DNA of 64,000 bases from an uncultured Bacilli bacterium. GTDB taxonomy: Bacteria > Bacillota_I > Bacilli_A > RF39 > UBA660. The notes under the pieces were generated by a model. That model had not been told where the DNA came from. It did not search any database and was given only the letters and a program-made list of their open reading frames with translations. Positions 31,188-41,443 of this stretch are shown piece after piece. The first letter of the stretch is position 1; each line of letters opens with the position of its first letter. The translations under genes were made by a program, and so were the position numbers. The stretch is from assembly GCA_944355255.1 (NCBI GenBank), contig CALVQD010000003.1, positions 1,292 to 65,291 on the forward strand, in the 5' to 3' direction.

Positions 31188-32159
31188 ATGGTTCAAATGT
31201 CGATATTAGATAAGTTGGGAATCTTTGTTCAAACTTTTTTCACATCAAAACTCCCATTACTTTTTATCTTGATCGCTTTTGTAATTTATTACTTGAAAAA
31301 AGTAAGAAAAACTATTACAAAAAAACAAGCTTATATTATTTATAGTATTTTTAGTATTGTTGTTATTATTTTATACCATCAAGAGATTTTTGCTAGTTTT
31401 GATTATATTATGACAAATCTGTTAACTGGTTATTATTTTCCAGATTTAGCACTTTATTTCTTAATATTAATTATAAGCCACATTGGCTTCTTATCGATTT
31501 ATTTCTGTTCTAAATGGACAAAGAAAATTAAGAATGTTCTCATTGGACAATTTGTTCTTATTGAAACTGACTTTTTACTATTTTTATACGTAGTTTCTAA
31601 TAACCAATTAGATATTTCTAATACATTAGCTCTTTATCAAAATCAAAATGTTCTAGCACTTTTGGAGTTAGCTACTGCAATCGCATTTATTACAATTGTT
31701 TTACTAATTCTTTGTTTCATTTTGGATCGTGATCAAGTTTTCCACAGGAAAACAGAACAACCGTTAGAAGTGCAGACAAAAATAGTAGAAGTACCACAAC
31801 CAGTCATTCAAACAGAAGTTGTTTATCGTGATAAAGATAATACATTATTAAAAGAAGGATTCCAAAATTTACAAACAGAAATGAATGAAAATGATGCATT
31901 AAGTAGTCATGAGCTTCGTATGTTGAAAATTAAACAAAAGAAAGATTTATTAAAAATTTATAAGAAAATGGTAGAATTACAAATTCATTTCAATGATGAT
32001 GATTTCGATATCCAAGATGATTTTGAAGATTTAGAAGCTATTATTGATGATAGTGAAAGTAATACGGATCAAAATTTTAGATATTATATCGATCAAAAAG
32101 AAGAAATGCATAAAAAACAAATGAGTGCGATGAAACAATTATTAGAAAATAATCTTTAG
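31188..32159 (+). CDS. hypothetical polytopic membrane protein with acidic C-terminal tail
   Basis: About five TM helices, then a D/E-rich C-terminus. ATG 31188 has SD GGGGGTGGGAG. Confidence 0.5.
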   Translation: MVQMSILDKLGIFVQTFFTSKLPLLFILIAFVIYYLKKVRKTITKKQAYIIYSIFSIVVIILYHQEIFASFDYIMTNLLTGYYFPDLALYFLILIISHIGFLSIYFCSKWTKKIKNVLIGQFVLIETDFLLFLYVVSNNQLDISNTLALYQNQNVLALLELATAIAFITIVLLILCFILDRDQVFHRKTEQPLEVQTKIVEVPQPVIQTEVVYRDKDNTLLKEGFQNLQTEMNENDALSSHELRMLKIKQKKDLLKIYKKMVELQIHFNDDDFDIQDDFEDLEAIIDDSESNTDQNFRYYIDQKEEMHKKQMSAMKQLLENNL

Positions 32160-32235
32160 AAAAAATATCTAAAGATTATTTTTTTTGCAGGAACTTTCCT
32201 ATTTTATCTCGTATGTAATTAATAGGAGGGATAAA

Positions 32236-34572
32236 ATGAAGAAAAAAATATTTATATTTATGGTCATGTTCTTTGCAGTGGTAACTGTTTGTCATGCAGG
32301 AACAAGTGATAGTAATATTCGAATTGAATATATGGAAAATACGTATACTAATTTGAATATTTTAGGAAAGTCTTTTTCAAACAAACAGGGATATGTATTT
32401 GCAAATGATAAAATCGCATACTGTGTTGAGCCAGGAGTTTATATTTTATCAAGTATTTATGATTCCACACCGTATTTTGATGTAGCAAGTATTACAGATG
32501 AACAAAAAGAAAAAATGGAGTTATATGCATATTATGGATATCAATATCCAAATCATCAAACGAGAAATTACTATCTAGCAACGCAACAATTAATATGGGA
32601 AACGTTAGGAATGACAGATATTTTATTTACGACTGGTTTAAATCGTACTGGACAAGTTATATTAGTTGCAAATGAGAAAAACGAAATTTTACGATTAATA
32701 AAAGAACATGAGAAGAAACCTTCTTTTGATGGAATGATGGTAACACTAAAGTCCGGAGAAGAAAAAATTATTACGGATACGAATCAAGTACTAAGTAATT
32801 ATCAAATGAAAACAGATAGTAAAGAAGTAAAAAAAGAGGGAAATCAAATCATTATCAATGCTTATCAAGTGGGAAAGAATACATTAAACTTATCTAAAGA
32901 AATGCATACTGAAACGAGTATGATTTACCGAAAAGAACATTCTCAGACATTGGCCACATTTGGAATTCATAGTGAGCTGACTTCTCAATTGACTTGGAAT
33001 ACGGAAGGGTATTATATTGAATTATTAAAACAAGATGAGGAAACGAAAGGTGCATCTCCGGTTGGAAGAAGTTTAGAAGGTGCAGTTTATGAAATAAAAA
33101 CAAAAGATGGAGTATTCATGGATATGATTACAACAGATAAAGATGGGTTTGCCAAAACGAAGGAGTTACCTGCTGATGTATATTATGTCAAAGAAAAAAC
33201 ACCATCTTATGGATACTTAATTGACGAGAAAACCTATGTATTAAGATTGGATAAGAATACAAAAATATATCGAATGACAGTTTATGAAACACCAATTGAA
33301 AAAACGGTTGTAATCAAAAAGTACTTAGAAGATGTAGATCAATCTGCACAAATTCCAGAAGCTAATATTACATTTGAAATTACGAATCAAGATACAGAAG
33401 AAAAAATAACTATGACAACGAATGAAATGGGAGTTTTAGAAGTATCTTTACCATTTGGTACATATACGGTACATCAAGTAAATACGACAGAACAGTATCA
33501 GAAAGTAGAAGATTTTACGTTTACAATTGATGAAGAAACAGAGGATATGTTAACGTTTGAATTGTTAAATCAACCGGAAACTGGAACAATAAAAATATTA
33601 AAATTGGGGGAAGCAATAGACAAACAACAAGAAGTTCCATTATCAGATGTTGAATTTCAGCTCTATCGTGTCTATCAGGGAAATGAAAAATTGATTTCCA
33701 CTAAAATAACAGATAAAAATGGAGAACTTGTATGGGATAATCTTCCTTTTGGAGACTATTGCTTGAAAGAGACAAAAACAAAAGAAGGCTATGTTTTAGA
33801 TTCAAAATCACATTGTTTTACACTTGCTGGTGGAGAATACAAACAATTCCGATTACAAAATGAATTATATAAAACAAAATTAGAGATAATCAAATTAGGA
33901 GAAAAATTGAATAAAATCGAGAAAGGACAAGCAGTATATGAAATGATTCCACTTGCGAATATTGAATTTACACTTTATGATGAAAAAGAGCAAAAAGAAG
34001 TTATGAAACTATTTAGTGATAAGAATGGAAAGATATTATTCAATGGTTATTTAAAACCAGGAACGTATTATTTAGAAGAAACAAATGCTTCAGAAATATA
34101 TCAAAAAAATGAACAAAAATATTATTTTACTGTTGATGAAACTTATCAACTTCATTTACAATTTGAACCAGTGATATATAATTATCTCAAAAAGGGAACT
34201 GTTGAGTTAAAAAAAACAGATGAGAATCAATTACCACTTCGTGATACGACATTTGGACTCTTTGATCAAAATAAAAAACAACTGTGGAAAGCAACAACAG
34301 ATGATCGCGGTATCATTCGTATAGAAAACTTACCAATTGGCGATTATTTCTTTCGTGAATTAAAAGCAAAAGAAGGTTATGTTTTAAAAGAAACATTTAT
34401 TCCATTTACATTAATACAAAATCAAGTTGTAACTTTAGAGGTAACAAATCAAAAAGAACAGTATCCTAATACAGAAAATTATGTTACAAAAGCAAAAAAT
34501 TGGATCATAGGAATTACTGTTGCTGGTTGTGTTATTGTTATTTTAGGTATGATAATCGATAAGAAGAGATGA
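32236..34572 (+). CDS. large surface adhesin: putative thioester-like domain plus three or more CnaB-type repeats and a C-terminal sorting signal
   Basis: Signal peptide. AYCVEPG and ATQQLIWE motifs. Repeated CnaB signatures (GAVYEIK..DG..TDKDGF...LPADVYYVKEKTPSYGY; VEFQLYR...TDKNGELVWDNLPFGDYCLKETKTKEGY; TTFGLFD...TDDRGIIRIENLPIGDYFFRELKAKEGY). C-terminal YPNTE, hydrophobic stretch, then DKKR. SD AGGAGGG precedes ATG 32236. Confidence 0.6.
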   Translation: MKKKIFIFMVMFFAVVTVCHAGTSDSNIRIEYMENTYTNLNILGKSFSNKQGYVFANDKIAYCVEPGVYILSSIYDSTPYFDVASITDEQKEKMELYAYYGYQYPNHQTRNYYLATQQLIWETLGMTDILFTTGLNRTGQVILVANEKNEILRLIKEHEKKPSFDGMMVTLKSGEEKIITDTNQVLSNYQMKTDSKEVKKEGNQIIINAYQVGKNTLNLSKEMHTETSMIYRKEHSQTLATFGIHSELTSQLTWNTEGYYIELLKQDEETKGASPVGRSLEGAVYEIKTKDGVFMDMITTDKDGFAKTKELPADVYYVKEKTPSYGYLIDEKTYVLRLDKNTKIYRMTVYETPIEKTVVIKKYLEDVDQSAQIPEANITFEITNQDTEEKITMTTNEMGVLEVSLPFGTYTVHQVNTTEQYQKVEDFTFTIDEETEDMLTFELLNQPETGTIKILKLGEAIDKQQEVPLSDVEFQLYRVYQGNEKLISTKITDKNGELVWDNLPFGDYCLKETKTKEGYVLDSKSHCFTLAGGEYKQFRLQNELYKTKLEIIKLGEKLNKIEKGQAVYEMIPLANIEFTLYDEKEQKEVMKLFSDKNGKILFNGYLKPGTYYLEETNASEIYQKNEQKYYFTVDETYQLHLQFEPVIYNYLKKGTVELKKTDENQLPLRDTTFGLFDQNKKQLWKATTDDRGIIRIENLPIGDYFFRELKAKEGYVLKETFIPFTLIQNQVVTLEVTNQKEQYPNTENYVTKAKNWIIGITVAGCVIVILGMIIDKKR

Positions 34573-35090
34573 GAGGAATAAAATATATTGGTTGTATCAT
34601 ACTAATCGGGGTTGGAATTTATACTGCTTTATTTTTTCGCGAAGAAACTAAAAAACAAGAAATCAAAGAAAAAGAGATTCAGTTATATGAAAAGAAAAAA
34701 ATAGAAGATACAGATGTACTTGGGATGATTGAAATTGTTAAGACAAATAAGAAAAGTTTAATAAAAAAAGGAAATGTTAATACAATTATCGCACAAAATC
34801 AAGTTGCGAGTATGACACAAAATTTAGACATAAAGCAGACTATTTTTCTAGCAGGACATAGTATTCCATCTGTATTTGGTGATTTACATCAAAGTCAAAT
34901 TGGAGATCGGATTATACTTTTAATACAAGAAAAAGTGTATCATTATACTATAGAATCTATTCGAACAGTACGTACTGATGATTTTACGCCATTGGAAGCA
35001 GAATATAAGTATCCACAACTAGTATTAATTACATGTACTAATCGTTCCTCAATTCGTTTATTAGTATTTGCAAAATTAACAGATGATTGA
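34569..35090 (+). CDS. sortase (small, membrane-anchored)
   Basis: N-terminal TM helix, LAGHS and LVLITCTNR motifs (His, Cys, Arg). ATGA overlap with the adhesin gene. Confidence 0.75.
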   Translation: MRGIKYIGCIILIGVGIYTALFFREETKKQEIKEKEIQLYEKKKIEDTDVLGMIEIVKTNKKSLIKKGNVNTIIAQNQVASMTQNLDIKQTIFLAGHSIPSVFGDLHQSQIGDRIILLIQEKVYHYTIESIRTVRTDDFTPLEAEYKYPQLVLITCTNRSSIRLLVFAKLTDD

Positions 35091-35154
35091 CAAATATGAT
35101 TGACGAAAGTGAAGAAACAGGGTAAGATGAAAGTAGAAATGATAGAGGTGTAAT

Positions 35155-35832
35155 ATGAAACATAAACAAGATGAAATTGTGATTCAATCTATGCCAGGGA
35201 CTTTAGATAATGTAAATTTTGTTGTAAATTACAATAAAAATAATATGAAACATTTTCACGAAATTTCTGGATTAATTAAAGAAATGATTTATGAAAAAGC
35301 GACTAGTAAAGCAGTTGAACTTCCAAATAAAAATGGTTCTATTACCTATATTTTTACGGTAAATAAAAATCAACAGAAAGATATGGGTGTTAGCCAAGTA
35401 CGTGTTGTATTAGGAAAAGATGCAGTCAATAATTTAGAACTTGTAGAAGATGGAAAAACAATGCAAGAAGTGATGGAATCTTATAGTGATACTGTTGTAA
35501 GGATGAATAATAATAAGAAATTTGAAAAGTTAGGTCGTGCTGTTCGTAATGTTGTATTGGCAGGAAGTATTACAGGAGCTGCTATTGTAGGTATTTCGTA
35601 TGCAACACCAACAGAACAATCAGTTGCTTTTGATGGATATGCACCTGAAGTGCAACAGGATATTAGAAATAAAGATTATGTAAGACCATATTATGAATCA
35701 CTTAGTGATGAAATCAAAGAAAAAATATCATTTGAAGATTTTTATATGGAATTTGGATATGATACATTAAATGGTAGTTTAGATATGGATGAAGTACAAT
35801 CATATGTAAGTTCTATGGGACACTCAAAATAA
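35155..35832 (+). CDS. hypothetical protein with one TM segment
   Basis: No motif. Followed by a terminator at 35832-35850. Confidence 0.45.
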   Translation: MKHKQDEIVIQSMPGTLDNVNFVVNYNKNNMKHFHEISGLIKEMIYEKATSKAVELPNKNGSITYIFTVNKNQQKDMGVSQVRVVLGKDAVNNLELVEDGKTMQEVMESYSDTVVRMNNNKKFEKLGRAVRNVVLAGSITGAAIVGISYATPTEQSVAFDGYAPEVQQDIRNKDYVRPYYESLSDEIKEKISFEDFYMEFGYDTLNGSLDMDEVQSYVSSMGHSK

Positions 35833-35889
35833 AAGGCAAATGCCTTTTTTCATTATGCGTGATATAATACATGAGAAAGAGGTGAGAAA

Positions 35890-38100
35890 ATGAAATACTA
35901 TATCAAAGGAAATTATCGTCGCAGTATTTTCTCATCAGAAAAAGGTTATGTGATTGGTATTTTTAAAGTACGAGAAACAAATGATGAAAAATTAGCTGAT
36001 TATGTCAATAAAACGATTACATTTACAGGATATTTTCACGAGTTGAATGAAGATGATAATTATATTTTTTATGGAGAAGGTGTTGATCATCCAAAATATG
36101 GATTTCAATTTCAAGTTAATGAATATGAAAAAATTAAACCGGAAGATAAAGATGGTGTCATTGCTTTTTTAGCAAGTGATTTATTTCCAGGAATTGGTGA
36201 GAAACAAGCTACAATCATTGTTGATGTATTAGGTGAAAAAGCATTAGAAAAAATACTAGAAGATGCTTCTTGTCTTGCACTAGTACCAAAACTTTCTTCT
36301 AAGAAAGCAAAAAGAATATATGATATTTTAGTAAAATATGAAGAGAGCCATAAAACGATTGTCTATTTAACAGAATTAGGGTTTTCAATGAAAGATTCAT
36401 TAAATATTTATAATACTTATAAATCGTATACGATAGAACATTTAGAACATAATATATATGAACTCATGGATGAAGTTGATGATATTTCTTTTTTGAAATT
36501 AGATGAAATCGCTAGAAAACAAGAGATTGATCCACTCGATGAGAGAAGAGTACGTGCTTGTATTTTATATATGATTCGTACTATGACATTTGAAACTGGA
36601 AATACGTATTTTACAGTGGAAGAATTATATCAAGCTGTCAGTCACTATTTAAAAACAGAGATAGATTGGGATACTTTTACAACATTATTAAATGAGTTAA
36701 TTGATGATGAGAAAATATATAGGGAACAAGAACGCTATTATGAAAGTAAAATTTATCAAGCTGAAGTGGAAGTAGCTGATAAGATTCGTTATTTATGTCA
36801 TTTATCACAGTTAAAATATAAGAATTTAGATAAAATGATAGAAACATATGAAGAAAGTTGTGGTGTTACTTATAATGAGAAACAAAATAAAGCTATCAAA
36901 GAAGCACTAACAAATCATTGTTTTATTATTACAGGTGGACCGGGAACTGGAAAAACAACAATTATTAAAGCTATTATTGAATTATATCAAAAACTTAATG
37001 ATTTAAATCACGATCAGTTAATTGATGAGATACGTCTTTTAGCGCCCACTGGTCGAGCTAGTAAAAGAATGAGTGAAGCAACGTTATTGCCTGCTAGTAC
37101 AATTCATCGCTTTTTAAAATGGAATAAAGAAACCAATGAATTTGGTGTCAATGCATTTCATAAAGATCATGGGAAGCTTATTATCGTAGATGAAGTGAGT
37201 ATGATTGATTTATCTTTACTTCATAGTTTAATGGAAGGATTAGAAAATCATATTCAAATTATTTTTGTGGGAGATTATAATCAGTTACCAAGTGTTGGTC
37301 CTGGTCAAATTTTAAAAGATTTTATCGAAAGTGATATCATTCCGATGGTAGAATTAGATTTACTTTATCGTCAAGATGAAAATTCTTATATTACAACTTT
37401 GGCTCAAGAGATCAAAGATAATGCATTAAGTGATAATTATTTAAAAGAAAAAAGTGATTATACATTTTTAAAATGTTCTAGTCAGTCTCTTCGAAAAAAT
37501 TTAAAGGCAATTTGTAAGCAGATTTTAGATAAAGGTTATACTGATAAACAAATTCAAGTAATGGCACCTATGTATCGTGGAATGAATGGTATTGATAATT
37601 TAAATAAAGAATTACAAGAAGTATTTAATCCACCATCAAAAGAGAAAAGAGAATTTACTTATGGTGATGTGATTTATAGAGAACATGATAAAGTATTACA
37701 GCTTGTCAATATGCCAGATGAAAATGTATTTAATGGTGATATTGGGACTATTGAAAGGATATTATTAGAAACGGAAAGTACGTCGAAAAAGAAAGAGATA
37801 TACGTTGATTATGATGGATTATTAGTGAAATATTTACCAAAGGATTTTAATAGTTTAAAACATGGTTTTGTTATTACAATTCATAAATCACAGGGAAGTG
37901 AATTTCCGGTTGTAGTGATGCCACTGAGTATGTCATATCATCGTATGCTTTATCGAAAATTGGTTTATACAGGAATTACTAGAGCTAAAAAGAAATTGAT
38001 TTTATTGGGAGAACCACAAGCGTTTTTAGAAAGTATTAGAAATAATCAAGAACAAATTCGTAAAACAACTCTAAAAGAACGTTTAAAACAAGAAATATAG
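35890..38100 (+). CDS. recD2: RecD2-like ATP-dependent DNA helicase (RecD/TraA family, YrrC-like)
   Basis: N-terminal HhH region, Walker A GGPGTGKTT, Walker B IIVDEVSM, and a C-terminal SH3-like region. Confidence 0.85.
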   Translation: MKYYIKGNYRRSIFSSEKGYVIGIFKVRETNDEKLADYVNKTITFTGYFHELNEDDNYIFYGEGVDHPKYGFQFQVNEYEKIKPEDKDGVIAFLASDLFPGIGEKQATIIVDVLGEKALEKILEDASCLALVPKLSSKKAKRIYDILVKYEESHKTIVYLTELGFSMKDSLNIYNTYKSYTIEHLEHNIYELMDEVDDISFLKLDEIARKQEIDPLDERRVRACILYMIRTMTFETGNTYFTVEELYQAVSHYLKTEIDWDTFTTLLNELIDDEKIYREQERYYESKIYQAEVEVADKIRYLCHLSQLKYKNLDKMIETYEESCGVTYNEKQNKAIKEALTNHCFIITGGPGTGKTTIIKAIIELYQKLNDLNHDQLIDEIRLLAPTGRASKRMSEATLLPASTIHRFLKWNKETNEFGVNAFHKDHGKLIIVDEVSMIDLSLLHSLMEGLENHIQIIFVGDYNQLPSVGPGQILKDFIESDIIPMVELDLLYRQDENSYITTLAQEIKDNALSDNYLKEKSDYTFLKCSSQSLRKNLKAICKQILDKGYTDKQIQVMAPMYRGMNGIDNLNKELQEVFNPPSKEKREFTYGDVIYREHDKVLQLVNMPDENVFNGDIGTIERILLETESTSKKKEIYVDYDGLLVKYLPKDFNSLKHGFVITIHKSQGSEFPVVVMPLSMSYHRMLYRKLVYTGITRAKKKLILLGEPQAFLESIRNNQEQIRKTTLKERLKQEI

Positions 38101-38113
38101 GGAATAATAACAA

Positions 38114-38147
38114 TGTATGTAAGAGATTACATACGGTCATATTTTTT
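38114..38147 (+). terminator. rho-independent terminator after recD2
   Basis: Stem gtatgtaa/ttacatac with loop gaga, followed by a T-run. Confidence 0.55.
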
Positions 38148-38165
38148 AGCTAAGAGGGTGATTTT

Positions 38166-38327
38166 ATGAAAAAAACAAGTCTTGCTATGTTAGTAACTGG
38201 TATGGCTGCTGGAGCTGGTGCTTATGCAGCATATCAAAAATATAACAAACCAATGATGAATAAAGTAGAAAAGGTAGTAAATAAGTCGTTAAAAAAAGCA
38301 AATGATAAGTTAGAAGATATGATGTAA
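38166..38327 (+). CDS. small (53 aa) Ala/Lys-rich protein with an N-terminal hydrophobic helix (not in the supplied ORF track)
   Basis: SD AGAGGGTG 7 nt before the ATG. Strong terminator immediately after. Confidence 0.5.
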   Translation: MKKTSLAMLVTGMAAGAGAYAAYQKYNKPMMNKVEKVVNKSLKKANDKLEDMM

Positions 38328-38359
38328 AAGAATTCTTCCCTTCGGGGAAGAATTTTTTT
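38328..38359 (+). terminator. rho-independent terminator
   Basis: Perfect hairpin aagaattcttccc-ttcg-gggaagaatt followed by a T7 run. Confidence 0.85.
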
Positions 38360-38413
38360 GTGGTAAGAATATGAAAAATATGTTATAATGATTTCAAGAA
38401 TAGGGGTGGATTT

Positions 38414-39262
38414 ATGAATTATCCTTCATGGGTGGCTTATTTAGTATCACCAGGTTTATTTATCTTTTTGGTTGCTTTATTTATCATTATTAGTGTCATT
38501 CTTATATTATCACTAAAAAAATTACGTGTGGTGAAAGTAACAGAAACTTATCGTAAAATAATCTTACCAGCTTGTATTGTTACTTTTTTATCTTATATTG
38601 TTGGTACTTTAATTTTACTATTAACACAATTTTTAGCGCGTTTTGATTGGATTAATACAAAATTGGCAGAACCACTTGTTACCAATCCATTTACAAATAT
38701 TTATACATTCTTATATACTTTACTTGCATTTATTGTATCTACAGTATTGATTTATTATTTAAACAAATTAATTACGATGAAAGCGATTCGTCTTTCTAAT
38801 GGAAAAGAATTCAAAATCGCACTTGTTTTAACGATTTTTACTGCACCATATTTATTCTTTATTCCGAATAATACAGTAAAGGTACAACCAAATGAAATAA
38901 AAACGGAAGATGTTACAAAAATAGAGTCGTATAGAACAATTAATTTAGCAGATACAAATAAATTAAAAGAATTGATAAATTTACTAGAAAGTGCAAACTC
39001 ATATGAAGATGTAAAAGCTGATACGACAAATAGTCCAAGAACAATTACAATTACTTATAAAGAGGGAATTGAAACACCAGATAATAGCGTATTTGAAAAA
39101 GATAGTGCAATTCTATTAAATTTATTTTCTAATATAGATAGAGTAGAATTTATTTTGGGTGATGTATATTACACATTTGATTATGATGTTGTAAATACGA
39201 TTCATCAAAATAGTTTAAGAAATATGTCAGTTGAAGAATTACTTGCGTATTACGATATGTAA
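38414..39262 (+). CDS. hypothetical membrane protein (282 aa)
   Basis: Four to five TM helices in the N-terminal half, then a soluble C-terminal domain. Confidence 0.5.
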   Translation: MNYPSWVAYLVSPGLFIFLVALFIIISVILILSLKKLRVVKVTETYRKIILPACIVTFLSYIVGTLILLLTQFLARFDWINTKLAEPLVTNPFTNIYTFLYTLLAFIVSTVLIYYLNKLITMKAIRLSNGKEFKIALVLTIFTAPYLFFIPNNTVKVQPNEIKTEDVTKIESYRTINLADTNKLKELINLLESANSYEDVKADTTNSPRTITITYKEGIETPDNSVFEKDSAILLNLFSNIDRVEFILGDVYYTFDYDVVNTIHQNSLRNMSVEELLAYYDM

Positions 39263-39331
39263 CAGTAATTCTTTTCTTTACAAAAACTTTAAAAATCGTT
39301 ATAATGAACATGAGAATAGAGTGTGATCAAA

Positions 39332-39715
39332 ATGAAAAAAGGATTTACATTAATTGAATTATTAGGTGTGATTGTGATATTAGGTGTGATTGCTTTGATT
39401 TCCATTCCACCCATTTTAAATCAGTTAAATAGTTCAAAAGATACCATTAACGAAGCAACATTAAAATTAATTTATAGTGCGGGTTCTCTTTATCTTGATG
39501 AGCGACAAAACGATTATATTCGTACCCCTGGAAATGTCTTTTGTGTCACATTACGTGAACTTGTTGCAGATGGAAAATTAGAATCACCGGTAACCGATGC
39601 ATCTACTGGAAAAGAAATCGATTTAGGAAAATACGTACAATATACAGTGAATAATCATGGTGGATTAAATTACGAATATCAATTACTTGATAGTTGTACC
39701 CCACAAGTGAACTAG
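39332..39715 (+). CDS. prepilin-type (type IV pilin / pseudopilin) protein with N-terminal methylation motif
   Basis: KGFTLIELLGVIVILGVIAL, which is the class III signal peptide G/FTLIE motif. Confidence 0.8.
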   Translation: MKKGFTLIELLGVIVILGVIALISIPPILNQLNSSKDTINEATLKLIYSAGSLYLDERQNDYIRTPGNVFCVTLRELVADGKLESPVTDASTGKEIDLGKYVQYTVNNHGGLNYEYQLLDSCTPQVN

Positions 39716-39723
39716 GTGATAGT

Positions 39724-40077
39724 ATGAAACAAAAAGGTTTTACATTAATCGAATTACTAGCAACACTAACGATTTTAGCCATTCTTGCTGTAATTGTATT
39801 TCCCAATGTTTTTGGAGCAATTAATCGTTCAAATGAAAGTGCTTATGAACAACAAGTAAATAGTATTATCAATGGTGCCAGAAATTATTATGCAGATCAT
39901 GCATTATTATTACCAGAAGATGGTGCAACGGCTACAGTAACGGTGGGAGAGTTAAAAAATGGAAACTATATCGATAAGAAAATAGAAAATCCTAAAACAG
40001 GAGAGACGTTTTCTGATGATAGTTATGTTCAAGTAAAAAATACGAATGAAAATTATAAATATACATATCATGAATAA
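39724..40077 (+). CDS. second prepilin-type pseudopilin
   Basis: KGFTLIELLATLTILAILAV motif. SD AGGTGA before ATG 39724. Confidence 0.8.
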   Translation: MKQKGFTLIELLATLTILAILAVIVFPNVFGAINRSNESAYEQQVNSIINGARNYYADHALLLPEDGATATVTVGELKNGNYIDKKIENPKTGETFSDDSYVQVKNTNENYKYTYHE

Positions 40078-40079
40078 AG

Positions 40080-40105
40080 GTATTCAAGTTGAATACTTTT
40101 TTTAA
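40080..40105 (+). terminator. rho-independent terminator
   Basis: Hairpin tattcaagttgaata followed by a T-run. Confidence 0.6.
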
Positions 40106-40145
40106 ATTATACTTGAAATTAAAAGGAATTATGGTATAATCTAAT

Positions 40146-40372
40146 TAGTTTACAAAAAAAGCAAAGAAAAAGAAGTAGTAGTAACTCACCTTTTTTAAAG
40201 AGAGTCTACAGTTGGTGGAAAGTAGATAAAAAAGCGTTATGAATTCGTCTTTGGAGCTGTATATAAGAAAATATATATCGGTGATGCGTTATAGTCTATA
40301 AGGTAGCTTTTGCTATGAATTAAGGTGGTACCACGTATTGTCACGTCCTTATCTAGGATGTGACTTTTTTCT
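40146..40372 (+). promoter_or_regulatory. T-box riboswitch leader upstream of pheST
   Basis: Promoter TTGAAA/TATAAT at 40123-40140. AGAGA and GGTGG stem-I elements. T-box sequence TAAGGTGGTACCACG. Terminator gtcacgtcc...ggatgtgac followed by a T-run. Confidence 0.7.
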
Positions 40373-40395
40373 TTGTAGGGAAGAGGAGGAATAAT

Positions 40396-41442
40396 ATGAT
40401 AGAAGAGTTAAATACATTAAAACAAGAAATTAAAAATAAAGTAGATCAGACTACAAGCACCAAAGCGTTAAATGAAATTCGTGTAGAATATTTAGGAAAA
40501 AAAGGACCAATTCAAAGTCTTAGTAGTAAGATGGGAAGTTTATCTATTGAAGAGAAAAAAGAATTTGGACGTTCTTTAAATACATTAAAAACTGAAGTAA
40601 ACGAATTATTAGAATCAAAAAAACAAGAATTAGAAAAAAAGGAATTAGAAGAACGCTTACAAAAAGAAACAATTGATATTACACTTCCTAGTACAGAACT
40701 TACAATAGGAGGAGTACATCCAATTACAAAAATCATTAACGAGGTAGAGGAATTATTCGTATCTATGGGTTATGATGTTGTAGAAGGACCAGAAGTAGAG
40801 TTAGATTTATATAACTTTGAACTTTTAAATTTACCAAAAGGACATCCAGCCAGAGATAGTCAAGATAGTTTCTATATCACAGATGAAGTATTACTTCGTA
40901 CTCAAACATCTCCAGTACAAGCTAGAACGATGGAAGCAAATAAAGAAAAGAAACCAATTCGTGTTATCTGTCCTGGTAAAACGTACCGTAGAGATAATGA
41001 CGATGCTACTCATTCACATCAATTCCACCAAATTGAAGGATTAGTTGTCGATGAGAATATCTCTCTTGCTGATTTAAAAGGAACATTAGAAATTTTAGCA
41101 AAAACAATGTTTGGAGAAGATCGTGAGATTCGTCTTCGTCCAAGTTTCTTCCCGTTTACAGAACCATCAATAGAAGTTGATGTATCATGTTTTAAATGTG
41201 GTGGAAAAGGTTGTTCACTATGTAAAGGAACAGGTTGGATAGAAATTCTAGGTAGTGGAATGGTACATCCAAACGTACTAAGAGATAATGGATATGATCC
41301 AGAAAAATACACTGGTTTCGCATTTGGAATGGGACCAGAAAGAATTGCTATGTTAAAATATGGAATTACAGATATTCGTAGTTTTTATACTAATGATCTT
41401 CGATTCTTAAATGATTTCAACAGAGTAGAAGGAGGCGAATAA
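40396..41442 (+). CDS. pheS: phenylalanyl-tRNA synthetase alpha subunit
   Basis: Class II motifs. Start moved to ATG 40396 (SD GGAAGAGGAGG), because the track start at 40360 lies inside the T-box terminator. Confidence 0.93.
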   Translation: MIEELNTLKQEIKNKVDQTTSTKALNEIRVEYLGKKGPIQSLSSKMGSLSIEEKKEFGRSLNTLKTEVNELLESKKQELEKKELEERLQKETIDITLPSTELTIGGVHPITKIINEVEELFVSMGYDVVEGPEVELDLYNFELLNLPKGHPARDSQDSFYITDEVLLRTQTSPVQARTMEANKEKKPIRVICPGKTYRRDNDDATHSHQFHQIEGLVVDENISLADLKGTLEILAKTMFGEDREIRLRPSFFPFTEPSIEVDVSCFKCGGKGCSLCKGTGWIEILGSGMVHPNVLRDNGYDPEKYTGFAFGMGPERIAMLKYGITDIRSFYTNDLRFLNDFNRVEGGE

Positions 41443-41443
41443 G

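Noticed and set aside
40360-40395. Track start of pheS at 40360 ([12 protein letters not shown]...)
   Set aside because: This extension lies within the T-box terminator/U-run. ATG 40396 with SD GGAAGAGGAGG is the plausible start.
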